Assembly (NCBI RefSeq): GCF_009914755.1
Contig: NC_060943.1
Source: the human T2T-CHM13v2.0 reference genome, Homo sapiens
Reading direction: 5' to 3' (one strand)
Length of the DNA: 64,000 bases
This document shows positions 1-62,320 of this stretch, piece after piece (the first letter of the stretch is position 1; every line of letters begins with the position of its first letter). A program made the translations under genes and the position numbers. The notes under the pieces were generated by a model. That model searched no databases, was not told the origin of the DNA, and saw only the letters and a program-made list of their open reading frames with translations.

Positions 1-974
1 CACTTGAGCCCAGGAGTTAGGGGCTGCTGTGAACTATGATCACACCATTGAACTCCAGCAGCCTGGGCAACAGAGCCAGGAGCTGTCTCTATTTAAATAA
101 ATAAATAAATAAATAAAAACCTGGGTGCGGTGGCTCATGCCTGTAATCCCAGCACTTTGGGAGGCCAAGGCGGGCAGATCACCTGAGGTCCCAGCCTGGC
201 CAACATGGCGAAACCCCACCTCTACTAAAAATACAAAAATTAGCCGAGCGTGGTGGCACACGCCTATAATCCCAGCTACTCAGGAGACCGAGGCAGGAGA
301 ATTGCTTGAACCTGGGAGGCAGAGGTTATAGTGAGCCAAGACAGCGCCACTTTACTCCAGCATGGGAGACAGAGCAAGACTCTGTCAAAAAAAAAAAAAA
401 AAAGCCAGGTGGCTCACCCCTGCAGTCTCAGCACTTTGAGAGGCCAAAGTGGGAGGATCACTCGAGCCTAGGAGTTTGAGGCCACCGTGAGCTATGATCA
501 CACCACTGTATTCCAGCCTGGGCAGCAGAGGAAGACTCCATCTCTGAAATAAAAATAAATTAAAATTTAAAAACAATAAATAAAAGAAAGCAAAACTTAG
601 CCACTGAAAGTGTCCCAGACGTATCAAGGAGCAAAATGACCAGTTCCAAGGCAGAAAATCCCATCTTGTCACAGATATGCACCTCACACAGTTTCACGCA
701 GATTTTAGAATCTGGAGAAATGTCCCCTAAACTATTAACAGTCATTATCGTCTCTGGGGGCTGAGGCTGGAAGACTGAGATGATCAGGAGCTTCCACCTT
801 CTGGACTATTGATTTCCTTTTCTTTTCTTCTTCTTTTTGTTTTTGGACAGAGTCTTGCTCTTGCTCTGTCTCCCAGGCTCAAGTGCAGTGGCATGATCTC
901 TGCTCACTGCAACCTCCGCCTCCCAGGCTCAAGTGATCCTCCTGCCTCAACCTCCTGAGTAGCTGAGACCATAG

Positions 975-1418
<444 letters not shown>

Positions 1419-1880
1419 TAACCCCATTTGGGCAGGAAAATCACAGCTCATAGAGCTGTGTGCCCTAGTCATAGAGCTAGAAAGTAGCTTGGCCAGGCTG
1501 GGCACAATGGCTCACACCTGTAATCCTAGTACTTTGGGAGGCTGAGGCAGGCAGATCGCTTGAGCTCAGGAGTTCAAGACCAGCCTGGGTAACATAGTGA
1601 GACCCTGTCCCTTTTGTTAAAAAAAGAAAGAAAATGAAAGTGGTTTGGTCAGGTTGGAACCCGGGTCTGACTGACTCCAAAACCCCACATAAAGCCGGAC
1701 GACTCAGATAACATCCCAGCTTGAATGGATTGGTGGTGGCTGCCAGGAGGACTGTATTAAGGATGCTAAGGCTGGAAAACAGTTCTGGGATGGATTGGTG
1801 ATGTCTGCCTTGGGCATGCAGTGGAAGAAGGTGACCCTGCCTCCCCCAAAACTGTGCCCCACCCAGTGCTGTTGGAATAA

Positions 1881-18178
<16,298 letters not shown>

Positions 18179-18354
18179 GATATTCCTGACCTTTCCACCT
18201 ATTTCCCTCCAACCCCACCTTCCAAAATACATTTGCTCAATACATTTGCACTTCATAGGCTTCTTTAGCTGTCTTCCTTTTACCCCGGACGGGATGTAGA
18301 TGTTAATTCTGGAACAATTGCAGCTACAAGAATTTGTCATCCTGCCCCTTTTGA

Positions 18355-18642
<288 letters not shown>

Positions 18643-18669
18643 TGACCGGCTAATTTTTTGTGTTTTTAG

Positions 18670-18813
<144 letters not shown>

Positions 18814-19288
18814 TAGCGGGGCATGATGGCTCACTGGTAATCCCAGCAGTTTGGGAGGCTGAAGGGGGAGGATTACTTGAGACCAGGAGTTTGAGAACAG
18901 CCGGGGCAACATAGTGAGACTCCATCTCTACAAAAAATTTAAAAATTAGCTGGGCGTGGTTGAGTGCACTTGTAGTCCCAGCTACTTGGGAGGCTGAGGC
19001 AGGAGGATCAGTTGAGCCCAGGAGGTTGAGGCTGCAGTGAGCCATGATCATGTGATCACGCCACTGCACTCTAGCCTGAGCCACAGAGTAAGACCCTCTC
19101 TGTGAAAATAATAATAAGCTGGGCGCGGTGGCTCACGCCTGTAATCCCAGCACTTTGGGAGGCTGAGGTGGGCGGATCAGGAGGTCAGGAGTTCGAGACC
19201 AGCCTGGCCAATATGGTGAAACCCCATCTCTACTATAAACAAAAATTAGCCGGGCGTGGTGGCGCGTGCCTGTAGTCCCAGCTACTCA

Positions 19289-19546
<258 letters not shown>

Positions 19547-20331
19547 TCAAAAAAAAAAAAAAAAAGTGTGATACTAAGTCAATCAATTTGAAAATGCGGC
19601 TCTAGAGTATTGGAAAACAATCCCTTGACAGCGTTTCCATGAAAACATGGCCCTTGTCTCTGGAAGAGCTTGTGCCCAGAACGGTCCATTATCATGCCCT
19701 GGCTCTATTTTCACGCCAACCCTATAGGGTCTCTATGATCTCATTTTATAGATGGACAGACTGAGGCTCACATATAGCAAGCCCAAGGCGGGGACTGAAT
19801 GTGACGCCAGGTCTGTGGACGTCATGACCTTTATTCTCCACAACCCTCAATGACATCCCTGTGAGATCCAAAACCAGGATGGCAAAACCCACGTTGCAGC
19901 AGAGGAAACTGAGGCTAAGGTCTCTTGGGTCCCAAACCAGGTCCTAAGTAGCCAAGTCCGCCTGGTGGCACAGCCCGGGTTTTATACATGGGGAAATTGG
20001 GCGGCGCATCTGGCGGAGGTCTCAGTGGTAGGAGGCGCCTGGAGGAAGCGCGGGTTCCTAACCCTAACGCTACCCCTAACATCCCTTCCACGCGCTCCGA
20101 GCGCTATGTGCCTTTAAGATCGGTGCGGGGGCGGGGCGTCCTGGGTAGGGCTGCAGGTGACGTCACTCCGGGCCTTGGGACTCGGAGAGCGTCTGGAGGC
20201 GGGGCCTGGACTTCACGCCCGGCGCGCTCCTCCCCTTTAAGGCGCGCGGCCGGGCGGGGCCCCTATGACCCCTTTAAGGCGCGGCCAGAGTCCTCCCGCA
20301 GAAAAACGACTTAAAGGAGACGCGTGGCGCG

Positions 20332-46068
<25,737 letters not shown>

Positions 46069-46230
46069 GGGGTAGCAGCCAGAAAGCCAAAGCAGCCATC
46101 GGTGGCCCAGGCTCCACGTGCTTACTGAGGACATCAGGGCCACCTCTGGACCCCTTGGCAGGCCACAGAGGGCTCTCGTGTGGGGTGGTGTCCAGCCAGC
46201 TCTTGCTAAGCAATCACGTGCACACAGGCA

Positions 46231-47270
<1,040 letters not shown>

Positions 47271-47728
47271 CACAGACTCCCAGTTGGGTTGAAGAATGGT
47301 TGACTGAGTTTGATTCTTCCTGTACCCTCGGTCGTCTGAGCTGTGTGCAGACAACATCCCCCCACCACCCAAGAGGGAGGGTAGCTCTTCCGCCACCAGG
47401 GGCAAGCACAGGTCCTGGTGGCCCCACGCCACATGTTAGCCCCCCTGGAGGGGGCGCCAGTTGGAGACGGGGGCTGGGTGTCCCTGGCCCACTCCCGGTC
47501 CCCTGTGCTTTACCTCCTTGCCCTTGTGTCTCAGGTGTGGTCCCTGCCTGCTTGATGAAGTTGCTCTGTTCAAGCCTTTGGTGGGATCATGTGTTTGGGG
47601 GCTTTTAGGGGACCCAGCTGCACTGGGGCACTGCCCGTGGCCTGGGTAGGACATTTCCCAGCAAGGGCTGGAGGAGTTGCCGTGCCTTCAGCCTGAATCG
47701 AATGTCAGAACCAGCCAGCGGTGCTTCA

Positions 47729-48195
<467 letters not shown>

Positions 48196-48416
48196 TCAAA
48201 CCAAAAAAAAAAAAAAAAAGCTGGCCAGTGGAGCTACTGTGGGGTGAGGGTGTGGTAAGAGCCCTGTGTCCCCTCATGCCATAAAACTTCCCCCAAACAG
48301 GCGGGGGACCGACAGCTCTGTCTTGAGTCAACTTCAGGATCCTTCCACATGACTTCGAATAAAGAGGGGCTGTCGTGCTTTGAGTCCCCCTAAAACAGAC
48401 CTCAACATGAGGATTA

Positions 48417-49065
<649 letters not shown>

Positions 49066-50990
49066 CTATCTTGGATCAACCACAGGATCGTCGCAGATGA
49101 CTTCAAATGAGGAGGGGCTGTCATGGTTTGGGTCCCCTGAAACAGACTCCAAGATGAGGATTGAAGGGCACTTACGTTATCAGTGACCCCAGGAACTTGC
49201 TGTGGAGCAGTAGGGAAGTGAGACAAGAAGGGAAAGAGTGGTCCCACCCCAGGGAGAGGGGGCTGGGCATTACAACATGCCCAGTTGCATTTGGATTTTC
49301 TGGGTCAAATGCTTACAAATCCTCTGGATTATTACACCTTTAGGGTGTGCAAGAATATACCCGAGACTTTTATAAACTAACACAGGGGCCAGGCGCGGTG
49401 GCTCACACCTGTAATCCCAGCACTTTGGGAGGCCGAGGCTGGTGGATCATGAGGTCAGGAGTTCGAGACCAGCCTGGCCAATATGGTGAAACCCCGTCTC
49501 TACTAAAAATACAGAAAAATTAGCTGGGCATGGTGGTGAGCGCCTGTAGTCCCAGCTACTTGGAGGCTGAGGCAGAAGAATCACTTGAACCTGGGAGGCG
49601 GAGGTTGTAGTGAGCCGAGATCACGCCACTGCACTCCAGCCTGGGCGACAGAGCAACACTCTTGTCTCAAAAAACAAAAAACAAACAACAACAAAAAACC
49701 CTAACACTGATGGTGTTCAATCAGTGTGGAAAAAATCAGAACTTACAGCTAAGCAAATTGACAAAGCAAAAATTAAATCACACCTTTTCAGACACAACTA
49801 ACATTTTCAAAAACTTTCCAGCCTTCCTTATTTGCATGGTGTAAATATATATGCATTTTTAAAAAAAGGAGGACCATGTTACCTAAGCTACTGCAACTTG
49901 CCGTTTTATTTTTCATGGAACGCACTTTTATTTTCTAAGCATGGGATCAAACTGTACCTATTTTTTAAAAAACAACTTTTATTTTTAAATTTAACAACTA
50001 TTGTGGACCTCCTTTCCAAAATAGGGTTAACATCTACGAGCTCTTTTTGGATTGTTATGGAAAATATTCCCTGCTGTTTCCTGCAGTGGATAGCATTATA
50101 GAATACATCTTTCCTACTGGATTTTTTGTTTTTTGTGTTTTTTTGTTTGTTTTGTTTTGCTTTTTGAGACGGAGTCACACTCTGTCACCCAGGCTGGAGA
50201 GCAGTGATACGATCTTGACTCACTGCAACCTCCGCCTCCTGGGTTCAAGCAATTCTCCTGCCTCAGCCTCCTGAGTAATAGATTACAGGCGCCCGCACCA
50301 CACCTGGAGAATTTTTGTATTTTTAGTAGAGATGGGGTTTCACCATGTTGGCCAGGCTGGTCTTGAACTCCTGACTACAAGTGATCCACCCGCCTTGGCT
50401 CCCAAAGTGCTGGGATTGCAGGCGTGAGCCACTGCACCTGGCTTCCTACTGAATTTTAAAATTTCAGTTGGGTAAATTGAGACAGGTGGGATTCCTGGAT
50501 TAACCCGGATGTGCACTTCAGGTTTCAGTAGAGGCTATCATATTCCTTTTTCTTGTTGAATCCTAACTATTCATCATCTATTGGCCAGAGTGAATTATCC
50601 ATGTTTATTAAACAGTCCCTTCTGTGAAACATTTTTTTTTCTTTGAGGCAGAGTCTCACTCTGTCGCCCAGGCTGGAGTGTAGTGGCATGATCTTGGCTC
50701 ACTGCAACCTCCGCCCCCACCCTGGGTTCAAACAATTTTCCTGCCTCAGCCTCCCTAGTAGCTGGGATTACAGACGCCTGCCACAATGCCCGGCTAGTTT
50801 TTGTACTTTTAGTAGAAACAGGGTTTCACCATGTTCGCCAGGCTGGTCTCAAACTTCTGACCTCAGGTGGTCCTCCCGCTTCGGCCTCCCAAAGTGCTGG
50901 GATTACAGGCATAAGCCACCGCACCCAGCCCCTTCTGTGAAAGATTTTTTTCTCATGCTTTGCAGGGAAGTTTCTAAATCTTATTTAACC

Positions 50991-51192
50991 CAGTGAGGCT
51001 CAACCAGGAGTAATTTTGTTCTTCGGGGGACATTTGGCAATGTCCCCTAAACATCCTACAATGCTAACACCATCCTACATTGTACATCCTATGCAGGAGG
51101 ATGCAGCTAAATATCCTACAATGGCCAGGACGCCCCACCATACAGAACGTTCCAGTCCAGAATGTTCATAGTGCTGAGACTAAGAATTCCTG
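50991..51192 (+). mobile_element. MER20-like DNA transposon fossil
   Basis: cagtgaggctcaacc...ggggacatttggcaatgtc...taaatatcctacaatg...atagtgctgagactaagaattcctg. Confidence 0.65.
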
Positions 51193-51841
51193 TACCCGGC
51201 CAGGTATGGTGGCTCGTGCTTGTAATCCCAGCACTTTGGGAGGTTGAGGCAGGCAGATCACTTGACCCTAGGAGTTTGAGACCAGCCTGGGCAAAACCCT
51301 GTCTCTACAAAAAAATAGAAACACTTAGCCATGTGTGTTGTCACGTGTCTGTGCCCCCCAGCCTCGGGAGGCTGAAATGGGAGGATTGCTGGAGCCTACG
51401 AGGTTGAGGCTACAGTGAGCAGTGATTGTACCACTGCACTCCAGCCTGGGCTACAGAGCGAGACCCTGTCTCGAAAAAATAAAAATAAAAAAAGAATCCC
51501 TGTACCCAATTCCTTTCAGCCTCTTGGGGACATGAGTCTTTAGAAGGATCTTCTCTGTGGTACGAAGTGAAGCTTCCTTTACTATGAAATTTATCTGAAT
51601 AAAGCATAGATTCGCAGGCTCTGCTCACAGACTAAAGGATTAGAACTTGGAGGTAGCTGGGTGCAGTGGCTCACACCTGTAATCCCAGCAATTTGGGAGG
51701 CCGAGGCGGGAGGATCACCTGAGGTCAGGAGTTCGAGACCAGCCTGACCAACATGGCAAAACCCTGTCTCTACTAAAAATACAAAAAAATTAGCTGGGCG
51801 TGGTGACGCATGCCTGTAATCCCAGCTACTTAGGAGGCCTA

Positions 51842-52244
<403 letters not shown>

Positions 52245-52494
52245 TAAGTAGCCAGGACTACAGACATGAGCCACTATGTCCAGCTAATTTTTTATTTTTT
52301 GTAGAGATGACGGTCTTGCTATGTTGCCCATCCTGGTCTCGAGCTCCTGGGCTGCAGCAATCCTCCCCGCTCAGCTTATCAAAATGCTGGAATTACAGGC
52401 ATGAGCCACTGCACCTGGCACCTTTATTTTATGAATGCTATTTTTAATTGTAAAGTGATTCTTATTCATGGGGACACCCTTCAGTTGGTCTATT

Positions 52495-55515
<3,021 letters not shown>

Positions 55516-56632
55516 ACAGTATCCTTTGGAGAGGCTGAGATTGTGTCTTGCTCTATGGATGTGTCAGTCATATGATACATAGTTATGTATCATAGTACAG
55601 TGTATCAGTCATGGATCAAGGTGGGAAAACAGAAATCACTTGAGGTCTTTTAACAGAAAGGGGTTTCATATAGGAAATTGACAATGACTCCATGCTGCCA
55701 TTGCAGCCTGAAAAACAACCACAGGCAATACATAAATGAATGAGCTTGGCTGTGTGTCAATAAAACTTTATTTGCAAAAACCAGTGTGGAGTCAGATTTG
55801 GCCTGGGGGCTGAAGTTTGCCATCTCTGGGTACAAAGGATCAGGACTGAGTCTGGTCCTACAGAGATGACCTTGAAGAAGTGGCTTTCCAAAGCGCCCCG
55901 AGGTTGTCACTGAACAGAGGAATGCTAAAACCTCAACTGTTTCCACATCTGGCTGCTGGCAGAGTGAAGGGGAAGGAAAACCAAGACGACTCAAGTCCCT
56001 TTTGTTTTCCAGACTCCCAGAGGTGCATCTGGCAGGTGAACTTGGGCAGACACCCTGAGTCTGCCCAGCCACAGGGAGATCTGCCTGTGTAGCTGGGGCT
56101 TTGGAATGGGGTGGGACAGGGGCGGATGCTGATGTCAACCTGCCATGGATGGCTTATTAGCGTAGGTTACAATGATGATAGGGACGACGGTGTAACTGTA
56201 GGATGCATAATCATCGTCACTATTACATGTAATTGCAGGATTTGGAGCAGAGTAATTATCATGCAATATAATCAATTATATAATGAAATGTAATCTCAGA
56301 CAGATCATCAACGACATAATTGTGTTATGCCCTCCAGGAAATGGAATATGCCTCTTTTTGAAGTTCCCGGGTGGTTCTGCCAGGATGGCTGGTGGTGGGA
56401 GAAGAAGGCAAGAGCCAAATGGGGTTAGGATGAGAGGGACAGTGATTGGGGTGGGGGTGTTTCAGGTGACAGTGGAAGGATAGTGATGGGCGTGAGAATA
56501 GTGTGAGAGTTTAGTCTGAGGTTGAGAGAAGTGAGGAGATGCAGGCGAATAAGTTGAAGAACAATGAGGTCAGGTTAGGGATTAGCAAACTGGATGAGGG
56601 CCAAATCTGACATCTGACTTTTTTTTTTTTGA

Positions 56633-56728
<96 letters not shown>

Positions 56729-57097
56729 TAGCCTCTGGAGTAGCTGGGATTACAGGTGTGTGCCACCATGCCCGGCTAATTTTTGTATTTTTAGTAAAGA
56801 TGGGGTTTCACCATGTTGTCCAGGCTGGTCTCGAACTCCTGACCTCAGGTGATCCACCCGCCCCGGCCTCTTAAAGTGCTGGGATTACGGGCGTGAGCCA
56901 CCACTCCTGGCCTCAAATCTGACTTGTTTTAAAAAAAATTTGGCAGGGCTGGGCACCGTGGCTCATGCCTGTAATCCCAGCACTTTGGGACTCACCTGAG
57001 GTCAGGAGTTCGAGACCAGCCTGACCAACATGGTGCAACCCTGCCTCTAATAAAAATACAAAAATTAGTCGGGCGTGGTGGCACACACCTGTAATCA

Positions 57098-57211
<114 letters not shown>

Positions 57212-57289
57212 TTAAAACAAGCAAACAAATAAAACAAACAAACAAAACCCCAAAAATTATTTGGCTGAACACGGAATCTGGAAAAAAAA

Positions 57290-57510
57290 ATTTTTAAATT
57301 GAGGTAAGAATCAGACAACATAAAATTAACCAGATTAAAATGTCCAATTTGGTGGAATTTAGCACATTTGCAATGTCACACGACCATCACCTTTATCAAT
57401 TTCCAGAACATTTTCATCCCCCTAAAAGGAGATCTCGTTTCTATCAGCAGTCACTCTCCACTCCCTCTCCCCCAGCCCCTGGCACCACCAATCTGCTTCC
57501 TGTCTCTATG
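57290..57510 (-). mobile_element. L1MB-like 3' fragment (continues at about 63200-63360)
   Basis: ttccagaacattttcatc...ccccagcccctggcaccaccaatctgcttcctgtctctatg; resumes as ttccttcctttttatggctgaatcatattcattgtatg. Confidence 0.7.
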
Positions 57511-57793
57511 TGTTCCCGGAAAGGGGTCCTGATCAAGACCCCAAGAGAGGGTTCTTGGATCTTGTGCAAGAAAGAAGTCAGGGAGGCCGGGCGCGGTGGC
57601 TCACGCCTGTAATCCCAGCACTTTGGGAGGCTGAGGTGGGCGGATCACGAGGTCAGGAGATTGAGACCATCCTGGCTAACGCAGTGAAACCCCGTCTCTG
57701 CTAAAAATACAAAAAAATTAGCTGGGCATGGTGGTGAGCGCCTGTAGTCCCAGCTACTCGGGAGGCTGAGGCAGGAGAATGGCATGAACCCAG

Positions 57794-58153
57794 TGTCAGG
57801 CCTCTGAGCCCAAGCTAAGCCATCATATCCCCTGTGACCTGCATGTACACATCCAGATGGCCGGTTCCTGCCTTAACTGATGACATTGTCTTGTGAAATT
57901 CCTTCTCCTGGCTCATCCTGGCTCAAAAGCTCCCCTACTGAGCACCTTGTGACCCCCACTCTGCCCGCCAGAGAACAACCCCCCTTTGACTGTAATTTTC
58001 CTTTATCTACCCAAATCCTATAAAATGGCCCCACCCTTATCTCCCTTCAAGGACTCTCTTTTCAGACTCAGCCCACCTGCACCCAGGTGATTAAAAGCTT
58101 TATTGCTCACACAAAGCCTGTTTGGTGGTCTCTTCACACAGACACGCATGAAA
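57794..58153 (+). promoter_or_regulatory. LTR7 (5' LTR, 360 bp)
   Basis: TATAAA at 58019-58024, ATTAAA at 58090-58095, ends ...cacgcatgaaa. Confidence 0.9.
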
Positions 58154-58155
58154 TT

Positions 58156-58173
58156 TGGTGCCGTGACTCAGAT
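58156..58173 (+). other. tRNA-His primer binding site
   Basis: TGGTGCCGTGACTCAGAT, one mismatch to the complement of the tRNA-His 3' end, immediately after the LTR. Confidence 0.9.
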
Positions 58174-60169
58174 CGGGGGACCTTCCTTGGGAGATCAATC
58201 CCCTGTCCTCCTGTTCTTTGTTCCATAAGAAAGATCCACCTACGACCTCGGGTCCTCAGACCGACCAGCCCAAGAAACATCTCACCAATTTCAAATCCAG
58301 TAAGCGGCCTATTTTCACTCTCTTCTCCAACCTCCCTCACTATCCCTCAACCTCTTTCTCCTTTCAATATTGGCGCCACACTTCAATCTCTCCCTTCTCT
58401 TAATTTCAATTCCTTTCATTTTCTGGTAAAGACAAAGGAGACATGTTTTATCTGTGGACCCAAAACTCTGGCACCGGTCACGGACTAGGAAGGCAGCCTT
58501 CCCTTGGTGTTTAATCATTGCAAGAACGCCTCTCTGATTATTCACCCACATTTCAGAGGTGTCAGACCATGCAGGGATGCTTGCCTTGGTCCTTCACCCT
58601 TAGCGGCAAGTCCCGCTTTTCTAAGGGGCAAGAATCCCCAATCCCTTATTTCTATGCCCCAACCTCTTATCTCTGTGCCTCGATTCCTTATTTCCATGCC
58701 CCGACCTCTTATCTCTGCGCCCCATCCCTTATTTCCGTGCCCTGACCTCTTATCTCTGTGCCCCAACCCCTTATTTTTGCACCCTGACCCCTTTCTGGCT
58801 TTTCTGGAAGGTAAGAACCCCCAAACCCCTTCCCTCTGTGTCTCTACTCTCTCTTTTCTCTGGGCTTGCCTCCTTCACTATAGGCAACCTTCCATGCTCC
58901 ATTCCTCCATCTCCCTTAGCCTGTGCTCTCAAGAACTTAAAACCTCTTTGACTCACACCTGACCTAAAACCTAAATGCCTTGTTTTCTTCTGCAATGCTG
59001 CTTGACCCCAATACAAACTCAACAGTGGTTCCAAATAGCCAGAAAACGGCACTTTCAATTTTTCCATCCTGCAAGATCTAAATAATTCTTGTCGTAAAAT
59101 AGGCAAACAGTCTGAGATGCCTGACGTCCAGGCATTCTTTTACACATCGGTCCCTCCCTAGTCTCTGTGCCCAGTGCAACTCGTCCCAAGTCTTCCTTCT
59201 TTCCCTCTCTCCTGTCCCCTCAGTCCCATCCCCAAGCGTCCCTGAGTCTTTCTAATCTTCCTTTTCTACAGACCCATCTGACCTCTCCCCTCCTCCCCAG
59301 GCTGCTGCTCACCAGGCCGAGCTAGGTCCCAATTCTTCCTCAGCCTCCGCTCCTCCACCTTGTAATCTTTTTATCACCTCCCCTCCTCACACCCGGTCCA
59401 GTTTATAGTTTCATTCCGTGACTAGCCCTCCCCCACCTGCCCAGCAATTTCCTCTTAAAAAGGTGGCTGAAGCTAAAGGCATAGTCAAGGTTAATGCTCC
59501 TTTTTCTTTATCCGACCTCTCCCAAATCAGTTAGCATTTAGACTCTTTCATCAAATATGAAAAACCCAGCCCAGTTCGTGGCTCGTTCGGCAGCAACCCT
59601 GAGACGCTTTACAGCCCCAAACCCTAAGAGGTCAAAAGGCTGTCTTATTCTCAATATACATTTTATTACCCAATCCACTCCTGACATTAAATAAAACCCC
59701 AAAAATTAAACTCCGGCCCTCAAACCCCACAACAGGACTTAATTAACCTCACCTTCAAGGTGTACAATAATAAAGTAGAGGCAGCCAAGTAGCAATGTAT
59801 TTCTGAGCTGCAGTTCCTTGCCTCCACTGTGAGACAAACCCCAGCCACATCTCCAGCACAAAAGAACTCCAAACGCCTGAACCGCAGTGGCCAGGGATTC
59901 CTCCAGAACCTCCTCCACCAGGAGCTTGCTACAAGTGCCGGAAATCTGGCCACTGGGCCAAGGAATGCCCGCAGCCCAGGATTCCTCCTAAGCCGTATCC
60001 CATCTGTGTGGGACCCCACTGAAAATCGGACTGTTCAACTCACCTGGCAGCCACTCCCAGAGCCCCTGGAACTCTGGCCCAAGGCTCTCTGACTCCTTCC
60101 CAGATCTTCTCGGCTTAGTGGCTGAAGACTGACACTGCCCGATCACCTCGGAAGCCCCCTAGACCATCA

Positions 60170-62320
60170 CGGACGCCGAGCTTCAGGTAACTCTCACTGT
60201 GGAGGGTAAGCCCATCCCCTTCTTAATCAATATGGAGGCTACTCACTCCACATTACCTTCTTTTCAAGGGCCTGTTTCCCTTGCCTCCATAACTGTTGTG
60301 GGTATTGACGGCCAAGCTTCTAAACCCCTTAAAACTCCCCGACTCTGGTGCCAACTTAAGACAATACTCTTTTATGCACTCCTTTTTAGTTATCCCCACC
60401 TGCTCAGTTCCCTTATTAGGCCGAGACACTTTAACTAAATTATCTGCTTCCCTGACTATTCCTAGGTGACAGCCACACCACATTGCCACCTTTTCCCCCA
60501 GTTCAAAGCCTCCTTCACATCCTCCCCTTGTATCTCCCCACCTTAACCCACAAGTATAAGACACCTCTACTCCCTCCTTAGCGACCGATCATGCACCCCT
60601 TACCATCCCATTAAAACCTAATCACCCTTACCCCGATCAATGCCAATATCCCATCCCACAGCACACTTTGAAAGGATTAAAGCCTGTTATCATTCTCCTG
60701 TTACAGCATGGCCTTTTAAAGCCTATAAACCCTCCTTACCATTCCCTCATTTTACCTGTCCTAAAACCAGACGATGCTTACAGGTTAGTTCAGGATCTGC
60801 GCCTTATCAACCAAATTGTTTTGCCTATCCACCCCGTGGTGCCAAACCCATATACTCTCCTATCCTCAATACCTCCCTCTACAACCCATTATTCTGTTCT
60901 GGATCTCAAACATGCTTTCTTTACTATTCCTTTGCACCCTTAATCCCAGCCTCTCTTCGCTCTCACTTGGACTGACCCTGACACCCATTAGGCTCAGCAA
61001 ATTACCTAGGCTGTACTGCCGCAAGGCTTCACAGACAGCCCCCATTACTTCAATCAAGCCCAAATTTCATCCTCATCTGTTACCTATCTCGGCATAATTC
61101 TCATAAAAACACACGTGCTCTCCCTGCTGATCGTGTCTGATTAATCTCCCAAACCTCAATCCCTTACAAAACAACAACTTTCCTTCCTAGGCATGGTTAG
61201 TGCAGTCAGAATTCTTACACAAGAGCCAGGACCGCACCCTGTAGCGTTTCTGTCCAAACAACTTGACCTTACTGTTTTAGCCTAGCCCTCATGTCTGCGT
61301 GCAGCGGCTGCCACTGCTTTAATACATTTAGAGGCCCTAAAAATCACAAACTATACTTAACTCACTCTCTACATTTCTCATAACTTCCAAAATCTATTTG
61401 CTTCCTCATACCTGACGCATATGCTTTCTGCTCCCCGGCTCCTTCAGCTGTACTCACTCTTTGTTAAGTCCCACAATTACCATTGTTCCTGGCCCGGACT
61501 TCAATCTGGCCTCCCACATTATTCCTGATACCACACCTGACCTCCATGACTGTATCTCTCTGATCCACCTGACATTCACCCCATTTCCCGATATTTCCTT
61601 CTTTCCTTTTCCTCACCCTGATCACGCTTGATTTATTGATGGCAGTTCCACCAGGCCTAATCGCCACACACCAGCAAAGGCAGGCTATGCTATAGTACAA
61701 GCCACTAGTCCGCCTCTTAGAATCTCTCATTTCCTTTCCATCGTGGAAATCTGTCCTCAAGAAAATCACTTCTCAGTGTTCCATCTGCTATTCTACTACT
61801 CCTCAGGGATTATTCAGGCCCCCTCGCTTCCCTACACATCAAGCTCGAGGATTTGCCCCACTCAGGACTGGCAAATTAGCTTTACTCAACATGCCCCAAG
61901 TCAGATAACTAAAATACCTCTTAGTCTAGGTAGACACTTTCACTGGATAGGTAGAGGCCTTTCCTACAGGGTCTGAGAAGGCCACCGCTGTCATTTCTTC
62001 CCCTCTGTCAGACATAATTCCTCAGTTTAGCCTTCCCACCTCTATACAGTCTGATAACAGACCAGCCTTTATTAGTCAAATCAGCCAAGCAGTTTTTCAG
62101 GCTCTTGGTATTCAGTGAAATCTTTATATCCCTTACAGTCCTCCATCTTCAGGAAAAGTAGAACGGACTAAAGGTCTTTTAAAAACACACCTCACCAAGC
62201 TCAGCCACCAACTTAAAAAGGACGGACAATACTTTTACCACTTTCCCTTCTCAGAAGTCAGACCTGTCCTCAGAATGCTACAGGGTACAGCCCATTTGAG
62301 CTCCTGTATAGATGCTCCTT
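60170..62320 (+). pseudogene. HERV-H pro-pol remnant (protease, RT, RNase H, integrase fragments)
   Basis: ORF fragments 60199..60438 (protease-like) and 60668..60943 (RT); many stops and frameshifts. Confidence 0.85.

Noticed and set aside
60199-61097. Functional retroviral protease/RT
   Set aside because: Fragmented by stops and frameshifts; no intact YxDD motif is seen.
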